A stretch of 64,000 nt of DNA, from positions 17,298,001 through 17,362,000 of the forward strand of contig JBHGNT010000017.1 of the NCBI GenBank assembly GCA_043228905.1, in the 5' to 3' direction. Below are positions 51,284 to 63,200 of the stretch, piece by piece (the stretch's first letter is position 1; the number at the start of each line of letters is the position of its first letter). The position numbers and the translations under genes are program-made. The notes beneath the pieces were generated by a model, which did no database searches, had not been told where the DNA came from, and was given only the letters and a program-made list of their open reading frames with translations. The DNA is from Azolla caroliniana. Its lineage: Eukaryota > Plantae > Polypodiophyta.

Positions 51284-54200
51284 TGTCGAGAATGTTTAAA
51301 AGTTATAATAGCTAGCCCAATAGCTAGTTAGCCCAACGGCCAGATCTTGGCCTTTATAAAGAGGAACTTTCTCCTCATGTAAATATGAGTGAGCTCTGTA
51401 TTTTCTCCCTCCTGTTGTGACATACCAATGTATATTACTGAACAGATGTGCCTTCTCATTTTTCTTTATGGTATCATAGCATAGATCCGCCCCTTTGCAA
51501 AACCCTAGATTAGCCCTCTGCAAAACCCTAGATCCACCCTTCTGCTGGTATGACAACGATTGGAACAAAATTGTACTAGCATCCATGAGAGGAAAGGGGG
51601 ATTTTTTTCCATTTGGGATGACATTGCTATGTGATTGAGAGGTGACTTGAGAGGTGACTTGAGAAAAGAAGCCAGAAGAGGAGAGATAGGCCAAATTGAG
51701 AAGATGGATGAGGTGTTCTCAAAATTGAACAAGGATGAGGTGAAAACATTGGTGAAATGCATGAAGCAGGTTGAGATTGTAGCATCTGGAGGTGTGACAG
51801 GAACATAACTACCACCTCGACTTGAACTCCTCCCAGTTGACCTCAAACTCGATGGACCAGCCACATACTTGAGCTAGTCGCTTCAGATTATAGGTGCCTT
51901 GGCAGGGAGAAGCCTTGACAGCTACCTAACATGAGAAGAGAAAGAACCTCCTGTCATAAGGAGAAATGAATGGAAAGCATGGAGAGCTACCCACATGTCT
52001 TTGTACACGTGGCTTCTCAACTCCATGATTCCATCAATCGCCACAACAATTGATGGAGTTTTAAGTGTGAAGGAGATATGAGAGAAATTGCAAAAGATGT
52101 ATGCTGGGAGGGGAAACAACATGAGAGTATTTCAAATCGAGCAAGAGATAGATGTTGTTTGGTAAGGAGATAAGATGATTAAGGAATATGCCATAGAGCT
52201 GGAGCGTCTATGGGCAGAATACGATCATTTCTCGCCTGTGACAATGTGCAATGATCCTCAATGTAAGAGCAAGGAAATTTCTGCTCAAAGAAGAACCATG
52301 CAATTTTTGAAACATCTCAACCCGTTGTTTGATCAAAGAAGGGCAGTTCTTCTAGCCAAGGCTGAAATTCTCACACTTGATGAGGCAATTGCGACTATGA
52401 TACAAGAGGAGAGTAGAATGACGCTGCTCTCTGACACTACCAGACTTCCAGGGGTATGATCATCACTAATGGTGTCAAATTCAAGCGGAAGTGAAAAATC
52501 GAAAATGCTACAATTGTGGTGAAGTTGGTCATTTAAAGAATGCTTGCCCTAAACCATCGAAGGAGAGAGAATATGGAGGATGTGGACAAACTAGAGGTCG
52601 TGATCGAGGGAGCCGAAGAGGTGCAAGAGGAGGTCACCAAGCAAACTTGATGGTAACAAAAGAAGAGGAAGGAACTAAGGTGGTGTTCACCGAAGAGGAT
52701 CAAGCTCTCTTAGAAATACTTAGGAGGAAGCAAAGAGCCGCAGATGATACTTCATTCATGTCAAGAGGTAACATTGCCACCTATGCTTATTCAGCCACAA
52801 GTACTAGCAACACAAACACTCTTGCCTCTACACTAGAATGGATAATTGATTCTGGTGCATTTAGGCATGTGAGGGGTAATGCTAGTGAATTCTCCTCCTA
52901 TACTCACTTATCAATGCCAGAAAGCATTCAAATTGATGACGGTACAACACAACCTATAGTGGGTATAGGTACAGTAAAATGTACCGACTCTGTGACATTG
53001 TCTAATGTGTTGCATGCTCCTTCTTTCCCAGTAAACTTATTATCCATAAGTTCTATCATACACCAACTAAAATGTGTTGTTTCTTTTGATATTCCCAAGG
53101 TGATATTCCAGGAGAAAGGGACAGGTCAGAGACTTGGGACTGGCACATGGCATAGTGGACTATGGTATTTGGATCGTGAAGGGTTGGATTCAGCATTAAC
53201 ATCTATGGTAGAGGGAAAATATGTAAGCGGATCTAAAATGAGTTATGAGGAGTTGTTGATACTTTACCACCAACGTATGGGACATACTTCTTATGGCGTT
53301 TTGAGTTGGGTGTATCCACACCTTTTTGAAAAGGCTAATAAAACAAAACTTGTTTGTGATGCATGTGAATTTGGTAAGCTTACTAAAAGTTCATATGCTA
53401 GTTCCCATGCATTTGATGTAATACACTCTAATGTTTGGGGACCATGTTCCACAAGTTCTATTAATGGATATTGATATTTTGTCTCTTTCATTGAGTGCTT
53501 CTCTTGTGTGACTTGGTTATATTTGATGAGGAAAAAGAATGAAGTATTTGCTTGTTTTAAATATTTTCATAGAGCAGTTCAAGCTCAATATGGTGCAGTA
53601 GTAAAAGTGTTGAGGTCTGATAATGGAACAGAGTATGCTAACATGACATTAAGGGCATACCTCTTAGATCAAGGAATACAACATCAAACCACATGCCCAT
53701 ATACACCAGAACAAAATGGAGTAGTAGAGAGGAAGAATAGACATCTTCTAGAGGTAACGAGAAGCATGATGATTTCTATGAATGTCCCAAAGCAGTTGTG
53801 AGCACAGGCAGTTTTGACGGCTCCCACTTTGATCAATAGAATGCCCTCTAGAGTATTGGAGTGGAAGTCTCCATGTGAGTTGTTGCAAGGCAATAACTCT
53901 GGAATCCTTCCTTTGAAGGTGTTTGGATGTGTGTGTTTTGTAAAGGACAGTAGACCATTTGTAGGAAAACTTGATCCTAAAGCTGTAAAATGTGTATTTG
54001 TGGGATACTCTGCCACACAAAAAGGCTATGTTTGCTGGAGTCCAGTAGAGAAGAGATTATTTGTGAGCATGGATGTGCATTTCAGAGAGTTAGAGCCATA
54101 TTATAAACAAGGGGTAACTTCACCCTTTGATGACTTAATTAAGACTGAAAATATGAGGGAAGGAGATAATGGTGAGAGGTTGCTAAAAATAAGATCAATT

Positions 54201-55865
54201 CCTTTATTGATCCCTACATCAGTTGAGAAACAAGTGAGCGTAGGAGGTACGGAAGAAGAAGGAAACGAAGACAAGGAGCCTATATGTGTTGGGACTCAAG
54301 CTGAGGGGGAGCTAAAGGTGTATATAAGGAAGAGGAGACAGAAAGAAGGAAGTATGAACACATCTTCAGTACCACATGTGCCATCAAGTTCCATGTCCCA
54401 ACCTGCCTCAACTTCTGAAATACCTACAGAACTCCCAAACCCAGAAATCACATGTGATATAATTTCCTCTCCTTCTCCTATAGAGATTAGGAGGACCTCT
54501 CGTAGTAATGCAGGAGTCCCTCCTGGTCGTTATGGTTTTCCTCATGATATTGCTTAGTTTATCTCTTATTCTAACATATTAGCTACACATAGAGCATTCA
54601 TTGCATCATTAGACTTTATCACTTTACCCAAGTGTTGGCAAGTTGCTAAAGAAGATCCAAAATGGAAAGCAGCCATGCAAGAAGAACTTGAAGCTCTTGA
54701 GAAGAACAAAACTTGGGAGATTGTGTCACTATCACCAAGAAAGAAGGTGGTTGGGTGCAAATGGGTGTTTACAATAAAACAGACCCCAGAGGGAAAAATA
54801 GATCGATACAAGGCACGATTGGTGCCTAAGGGATATAGTCAGAGATATGGCATTGACTATAATGAGACTTTTGCACCTGTGGCGAAGATGAGCACTATTA
54901 GAAACTAGAATGTTGGGTTGTAGGCCCGCAGCTTCTCCAATCAACCAAAATATCAAGCTAATTGAACTTGCAGGAGAGAAAGTTGATCGTGGAAGGTATC
55001 AAAGATTTGTAGGTCGGCTGGTTTATTTGACTCACACCTGTTCAGATATTTCATTTGCAGTAAGTGTGGTAAGTCGCTACATGCATGATTTGAGGAAAGA
55101 TCATATGGATGCAATGTATCATATTCTGAGATATCTCAAAGGTGCCATGGGGAAGGGATTAATCTTTAGAAAACATGGTCATTTTAACATTGAGGGCTAT
55201 TGTTATTCTGATTGGACCAGTTGTGTTGATGATAGGAAATCCACATCAGGATACTACATGTTTGTTGGAGGCAATCTGGTCTCTTGGAAGAGTAAGAAAC
55301 AATAAGTAGTTGCAAGTCCAACAGCCAAAGCAGAGTATAGAGCTATTGCTATAGGAGTTGCGGAGATGTTATGGCTAAGAACTCTCCTAGTAGAACTAAA
55401 GGTGAATCAAGAAAATCAAATGATGTTGTGGTGTGACAATAAATCAACAATCAGCATTGCCAACAATCCAGTACAGCACGATAGTACCAAGCACATCGAA
55501 ATCGACAAATTCTTTATAAAGGAAAAGCTTGATAATGGAATATTAAAATTGATTCATGTTTCTACTGAACATCAAGTAGTAGATTGTCTTACAAAGGGAC
55601 TTGGGCCAGTAAGTCTTACTAGATTGTGTGACAAGATGGGCTTAGTGGATATTTCTTGCCCATCTTGAGGGGGAGTGTTGAGAATGTTTAAAAGTTATAA
55701 CGGCTAGTTAGTTCCAACAGCTAGTTAGCCCAACGGCCAAATCTTGGCCTTTATAAAGAGGATTTTTCTCCTCATGTAAATATGAGCGATCTCTATATTT
55801 TCTCCCTCCTGTTGTGACATACCAATGTATATTACTGAACAGATGTGCCTTCTCATTTTTCTTTA
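51284..55865 (+). mobile_element. Inner Ty1/Copia (short-LTR, Ale-like) inserted antisense into the outer element's gag
   Basis: TSD AAACT at 51279-51283 and 55866-55870. LTRs 51284-51468 and 55676-55865. PBS TGGTATCATAGC; PPT GAGGGGGAG. Gag CYNCGEVGHLKNAC, PR WIIDSGA, IN LRSDNGTEY/QNGVVERKNRHL, RT partly deleted, RH ends KMGLVDISCPS. Confidence 0.96.
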
Positions 55866-56772
55866 AAACTGTCCATAGAATCACCTTCATTCATGTGCTC
55901 GCTCTCCAACTATTTTCAGAGATAAGCAATACGAGCCTCATTTCTTGCTTGGTACAAAGTGGTAAGAGTATCCCAAGCATCCTTTGTTGTCTTGCAAGAG
56001 TGAATATGGGGAATAATGGCACATTTTACAGACAAAGCTATCATAGCATGTGCCTGAGCATCTTTGTGATCCCAACGAAGTTACTCTACATTTTGTACAA
56101 CAGAAACTTCAGCATGGGCATGAGCAAGATAATCAACATCCTCGACAGAATCAATACCATCAACGTTTGTGTTCTCAACAGGATGTTTTTCAGCCCCTTG
56201 AACCACATTCCACAATCCCTTTGCTACTAATACATGGCACATCATATAAGCTCAAAGAGGGTAATTTGTTCCATCCAGTTTATCCTTAACAACAAGCATC
56301 CGAAATACATCATTGCTCTCAGCCATGGCCGTTGACTGAACACGTTTTGATGCAAAAAATGAACTATTGAATGAATAAAAGAGAATAAAGTACCCCTTTG
56401 ACTTGGAAGATGAACTAACGAAGAGAAAATGGAAGAAAATCTTATTTCTGTGTAGCAACTGCACAAAAGATGGTTGTAGGAATTTCTTGGAAGACTCAAG
56501 GAGGCTTTTAGGAGGATTGAATTGAGTTGGAAGTAGAAAAAAAACACAACTGAAACTACGTGGAGGAAGAAAACATGTAGAAAATTGTTTTTCAATAGTA
56601 GAAAAAAGCCAACACAGATGGCGCAGACGGACTACGTATGGGAGCCATTGCTTTGTTATTCGCTAGTTGCGTTGCTGCTTAAACGTTACTTAGTAGCTCT
56701 AATACCAATGTTGGGTTTTTGTTTTGAATCACAAAAACTTAACCACTTTAGGGTTGTGAGAGTATTTATAGA

Positions 56773-57270
56773 TAGGGCAAGCAATGGGTACAGTTTCGGC
56801 TCAAACCGAACCGAACCGTTAAGCCATGGTTTAACGGTTTATTGGTACCAAAAAAATTTAATGGTTTGGTTTAGTTTGGATTTTCGGTAAACGGTTTGGT
56901 TTCAGTTTGGTTCGGTTCTAAAATTCGGGTTTATAGGTTTTTGGTTAACTTTTTTTTACCTTAATAATTTATTGATTTAATGGTTTAATTAATGGTTTTT
57001 TATCGATTTAATAAATTTAACTTAAATGTTTATTTAATTTAATGTATTTTTGTTTGTTTAGATGTTTAATTAGTTTGACTTAAGTGGTTAGGTTTAAATT
57101 GTTTATTAAATGGTTCGGTTTGGTTTCAACTTTTCTCTGAATGGTTTGGTTTGAAATGGTTTGGTTTCAACTTTTTCGTAAATGGTTTGGTTTCAATAAT
57201 GAGAGTTCATAAACGGTTTTGTTTGGTTTTTGTTTTATATAAACGGTTCGGTTCGGTTTCTTTGCCTTGA
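56773..57270. mobile_element. hAT-like MITE inserted in the outer Copia 5' LTR
   Basis: About 500 bp present in this LTR and absent from the sister LTR (TTTATAGA^CGGGGG). Starts TAGGGCAAGCAATGG, like the TIR at 4475, and is rich in AACCG/CGGTT. The right TIR and TSD are unclear. Confidence 0.8.
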
Positions 57271-58189
57271 AACCGGGGGGAAAAAACCTCCTAAAGAGGG
57301 AAAAAAACGCCCTTGTAGTCCTAAGTGTGTTCACATACATCACTGTCCTAAGTGTGTTCGCACATCACTGTCCTAAGTATGTTTAGACATCACCGTCCTA
57401 AGTGTGTTCACACACATCACTACCACAATATGTCAACAAATTATGGAGTTGTTGGTATTGTCGCCTCCCCCCTACCTTTACATTCTTATCAATATCTTCC
57501 ACAACACTTCTGTTTATACCAAGGAAAAGATGGTTGTGGGTTTGATTTCTTTCGAGGTTCAAGACTTGTTACATGCAACCTACATTTGAGACTTCATTGT
57601 GATGCTCTTGCCAACATTGAATTAGTATTTTAGCAGTCATAAAGTTATTACTTTATTTTGTGAATGCAATCGTTCTCGTTTGTGACTTGTGAGTAGTTTT
57701 GATAAAAGTGAAAAATCCAATGAACTATAAAATTGTCCAATTTTTATCTTTATTTTTACGACTCATAAAAAAGAATGACATATTTGGCATGTGTTGCCTC
57801 TAACTAACTATTGTTATGATTATTATTATCATCATTATTGTTGGTATTGTCTATGTTTTCAAAATTGTTGATATCAAGCACTAAGATCTTATTTGGGACA
57901 ATTAGACCCTATTGACTTCATTGGTTAACAACAGCTAGCTGAGATACAATGCATTTAGAATCCATAGTGTGATCCAAAAAAAGAACCATGTTTATTGCCA
58001 GTTTCATGCATTATGTCCAACACTTCTCGATATTTAGCAATATGTACTAAACTTACTTCATTACCCATTTCCTTTAACAATATGACCCTCTATTTATAGT
58101 TACTTGCGATCTACTTTCTCACACTAGTATTCACACATTTCTACATGAATAAATTTATATATTTGCCCAAGCTCCTAGGGTCGTGCGAC

Positions 58190-58680
58190 ATGTTCACCAA
58201 AACATCCTACTCATGTGCTTGATATTTCCTAATGATTACCTAATAGAAGTGTCGGTTACCCTTATCTCGATATTGCATCATGGGCAAATAATGGGTTATA
58301 CCACACCTCGTGTAAAAGATGCTCAATTTAAAGAGTTTGAAATCTTTGATTTTACATAGCTATGAGAATCTCTTTTAATCAATAAAAGAAACTTTTACAT
58401 TTTTGCTATGTCACGTCTTTGTTACTATCATTGTCGTGTTCACCAAAACATCATACTCATGTGCTTGATATTTCCTAATGATTACCTAATAGAAGTGTCG
58501 GTTGCCCTTATCTTGATATTGCCCTTATCTTGATAATGGGTTATACCACACCTCGTGTAAAAGATGTTCAATTTAAAGAGTTCGAAATCTTTGATTTTAC
58601 GTAGCTCGAAGAAGCTCTTTTAATCGATAAAAGAAACTTTTACATTTTCGCTTGTCACATCTTTGTTACTATCATTGTTG
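58190..58680. repeat. Tandem duplication (~245 bp x2)
   Basis: TGTTCACCAAAACATC...CTTTGTTACTATCATTGT repeated. Confidence 0.88.
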
Positions 58681-58851
58681 CCATGATCATCCATGTGGAA
58701 ATCACTATTTGGTTTGCTGGTGGAAATTGAGCCTGATATCAAGTTAATGATAAATAAAAAAATATCATATCATATGAACATAATTTGAGCTTTTGATATC
58801 AAGTTAATGATAAATAAAAAAATAGCATATCATATGAACATGTAGGGGCAG

Positions 58852-59060
58852 ATACATTGCATTTAGCCGACATATACACACAAATGAAGTCTGTAATCGA
58901 GGAAGGGAAAGAGTATTCCGTCACATATACATATCTAAGACCCAATACATTGCATTTAGCCGACATATACACACAAATGAAGTCTGTAATCGAGGAAGGG
59001 GAAGAGTATTCCGTCACGTATACATATCTAAGACCCAATACATTGCATTTAGCCAACATA
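58852..59060. repeat. 93-bp tandem repeat (x2 plus partial)
   Basis: ATACATTGCATTTAGCCGACATATACACACAAATGAAG...CTAAGACCCA, copies nearly identical. Confidence 0.9.
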
Positions 59061-60257
59061 TTACATGCACGAGGTTTGTATCCAAGGAAATGGAAAAGAG
59101 TATTCGATTGACGACAATACATGGTGACACATCTCAAACCTTTCGTAGTAGAGTAGAAACAACGTGTTGTTGCTGCCAAATCCGAAACCCTACCAATGAT
59201 GGAAAGGCTTAAAAATCATATGATTCCAAATGAAGAGAAAAAAAGCTAGAATTAGCCAAACAGAATTTGAATTGGGTACATGTATATGTATATGTATATG
59301 TATGTATATATCTATCTATCTATCTATATATATACTTATAAGTTATAACCTTTAGTTATCAAGGGGTAAAGTTTGACTAGATGCATTGAATCCTATAGGA
59401 ATCCTTTTGTCAATTGTTGAATCTTCAAGATCTTCAAGATTCTACTCTCCGGACTTGGGCAAATTTAGTTTCCAACACCTAACCATTCTTTTTCCTCTTC
59501 GCATATATACTTATAATACCTCTGATTTGCTTTAATTAATCAACAGTTGCTCTCTAAACCATTGCCAAATTCATCTACCCCACCATTCTGTATGTGTAAT
59601 TATGCATGCATATCCATCTAATTCATTCAATTTCAATGATTAGTCAAGCTATCATAAGCTCCAGTTTGCTTTCATTTTTGCCAATAATTTTAACTCACCA
59701 ATCAATCCATATGTATATATCGATCAACGAAACGAAAATTTGACCAATTCAATTCGAATTGATCCAGATCTTTGCCCCACAATCTTGAATTGTCGCTTAA
59801 TTTTGTGGCCTACTTGCTCTTTCAGTCATTCAGGTTGCTACTTGTTTTCTTCCTTCCTTCCTTCCTTCCTTCCTTTTCTTGGTCAATATGGAAGGGAGGA
59901 AATTCCAACCGTTCTGCTTTCTTGTTGAGACGTACGCATTCTTCCACAATTAACTCAGCCAATGCTGCTTAATTGTTCCTTTCTTATTGCCTAATCATTC
60001 TTAGGCATTCGGATTGTCCGCTGCCCATTTACTTCGAATCGCTCTCAACGCGACCCTATTGCCATTACCTATTCACAAATCCAATCCATTATTCCTCTTA
60101 TTACCTGCCACAATTTAAATCTTATTGTATTTCTACTCACACACTAATCTTTCCTAAACTATGGCCTAATTGCATCTAAAACATTACTCAGATTCCTTTG
60201 CTTCCCCCTTTTTTTCTCTAGATTCCTTTGGGTTTAATCCGTTTTTTGTGTGAAAAA

Positions 60258-63200
60258 ATGAAAGTGAAGAAGCTCCATAATCCTTTCCCAAAGGACCCAT
60301 CAAACATAGGGTTCTTGAAAGGAAGATTAATCTATTGCCACAAGTCTTTGCAATCAGAGAGTTTCACTGCAGGGGAAGGTTTTCTAATCAAATGGCATGC
60401 TGAGCACGGAGGCCATTTCAGTATAAATCACAAAGAAGATCTTCATAGAGACCTATGGTCTACTGGACATGGGGAGTCCTTCATTAGTGGAGCTTTAGGT
60501 CATGACATTGTTCAAGAAAGCAGAGGCTCTATCACAATCCATGACAAGGCTCAGTTACTACTTACCCATCAAACCATAGAGCAAATCCAGGTTGTCTGGC
60601 CTCATCAAAGCGACCTTATCTACCATCAATCTAATCCCTCTGAAGCCTTGGAAGTGCAAAAGAAGGCTGCTTCATTCTTCCAAGAGGCTTGTGATTCCCC
60701 TAAAGATGGCGATGGCCACGTGGTCGATGTCCGAGGACCAGCCGTTATAGTTACCGGTTGCCTCTACGCAGACCCTGAAACAGCCTCTGCTCAGCTCAAA
60801 CACTATCTTGTATCATCGCATAATGTGAAAATGGGCCCCTTTTATGATACCAATCGAAGCAAGCTCGCTAGAGTCGGGGTCCGATACTGGCTATTCTTTG
60901 GCGAGAAGAGGAGCCATCATTTGGGCTTTTCTCTAAAGTTAGACCATCCTGTGGAGCAAGCTCCCAATCTCAATTCTCTTGCATTGTATCGTCGTCGCCG
61001 TCATCATCATCAACGATTGCCATTATCTGACCATCGTGATTCGCAGTTTGGGATAACACAATCAGAAAACATGGATCTCCTCGATCGGATGCTATGGCTT
61101 TGGTCGAGAAGATCTCTCTCTGCCTTCAAATATGACTCGGGTGTTCGCTACACTTTCGCCAAGTTCATGCAACCCATAGCTACATTTAAGAGGTTGCTAG
61201 CAAATGACATGTTTGTACTGAAAGATCATATGCTCCTTGCTCATGAAGAAGAGGTGCAGGTGGAAAAGCAGGATTTTACTTCAAGAAATAGCTATGAGAA
61301 GTTGTTGCACCCAAATTATACTGCTTTTTCTCTGGAGCCAGCTGGGTACATGGGAGAAAGGCAGCTTAACTGGAAATTGAACAGGGTTGTGCTGACATAT
61401 GCTGCTGAGGAGGATGAGGGGTTCTTTGGATTTGGTGAACAGTTCTCCTACTTAAACCTTAAGGGCAGAAGAGTACCCATCATGGTGCAAGAGCAAGGGC
61501 TAGGGAGGGGTGATCAACCCATCACAGCAGCAGTAAATTTGGTAGCTGAGAGGTATCACCTAATTTAACATAATTCAGTCAAAAAAAGATCAATCATGGT
61601 ATTGCAGATCTCTACTCTCTGACCATAGTTACTTGATTATATATTCTTGACATGCTGTGTTTCTTTTACATCCATTCCAGATCTGGAGGTGATTGGCATA
61701 CAACTTATGCCCCTGTGCCTTATTATATCACATCGAAATCTCGATGCGTGTTCCTCGAAGAGTACAATTACTCAGTATTCGATCTCACGAACCCGAACAA
61801 AGTGCAAATCCAAGTACCTTCCCATCACTTCTGAGTAGATTTTAATTCATAGAGAGGGATTTCAACATACAAATCCTCTCACTGATGTTGACATCCATCC
61901 ATTCATCCACATATGCATGCATACATACATACATACACCACATATACATGCATACATACACACATCCATCCACATATACATGCATGCATACATACATACA
62001 TACACCACATATACATGCATACATACATACACACACACACACACATAAATCCATGCATCCATGCATCCATACATACATGCTACATGTGAGCACTGCTTAC
62101 ACAGATAATGGTTGTGAAGTATGATCATACCTGAGCTCTTTGATTTTTACCAGTTGCATGGAGAGGCAACGCATGCATACATACATACATACACCACATA
62201 TACATGCATACACACACACACATACATCCATGCATCCATACATACATGCTACATGTGAGCACTGCTTACACGGATAATGGGTGTGAAGTATGATCATACC
62301 TGATCTCTTTGATTTTTACCAGTTGCATGGAGAGGCAATGCATGGCAGGATAGTGCATGGGCAAAACCCATTGCAGCTCATAGAGAGGTATACCCAAGCA
62401 ATTGGCCGGATGAGAGAGCTCCCAGATTGGATCCTGGAAGGGGCTATTGTAGGCATGCAAGGAGGCTCTCAAGCAGTTCGCCAAATGTGGAAGGAACTCA
62501 AGGCTGCGGATGTGCCCATCTCTGCATTCTGGTTACAGGTATAAGGGTCACATGAAAAATTCCTGGCTATCCATGCGAGAGCAGACCCTTATCAAATTCA
62601 GCCTAGATTCCTTCCAGAGCAACATAATTTCGCTTATTCTCATGTTTGCTCACTTTCTCCTTGCAGGATTGGGTTGGGCAAAGGAAGACCAGCATAGGTT
62701 GGCAGCTATGGTGGAATTGGGAGACTGATGAAGACCATTATGTTGGATGGAATCAACTCGTGAAAGACCTCAAGGACCAGGGCATAAACACCATGGCTTA
62801 CCTTAATCCTTTCCTTGCCTCTGTAAGAGCAATATATAAAACTCCAAACTATCTCGCATCTTTCAAATTTCAGCTAAAAACTATATTGGCAGTTTGAAAA
62901 CTAGCAAATCTGCAGCCATCAATGAATTCTAAAAATAAAACAATTACACCTCTTGTTCTGTGGAAAAAAAAAAGTACAGATGAAATCTGAGAAACTAAGC
63001 AAATCCATCCTATAAAAACAGAGATGAAATCTGAGAAACTAGGCAAATCAATCCTCATCCATGAAATCTGAGAACCTAAGCAAATCCATCCTCATCCATG
63101 AAATCTGAGAAACTAAGCAAATCCGTCCTCATCCATGAAATCTAAGAAACTAAGCAAATCCATCCTCATCCATGAAATCTAACAACAATTGTGCTTGTTG

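Larger units (their letters stand above)
47242..57438 (-). mobile_element. Outer Ty1/Copia retrotransposon (degenerate), host of the nested insertions
   Basis: TSD AATTA at 47237-47241 and 57439-57443. LTRs 47242-47471 and 56709-57438 (TG...CA). PBS TGGTATTAGAGC; PPT AGGGGGA. Domain order gag-PR(WYFDSGA)-IN(WHARFGH, CDDC)-RT-RH(KHIEVHYH), with stops and frameshifts. Confidence 0.95.

Noticed and set aside
58799-59179. ORFs with 31-aa repeats
   Set aside because: A consequence of the 93-bp (multiple of three) tandem duplication; no domain or splice support.
61842-62297. MYVCM/HTYIH-type ORFs
   Set aside because: CATA/CA microsatellite within a GH31 intron.
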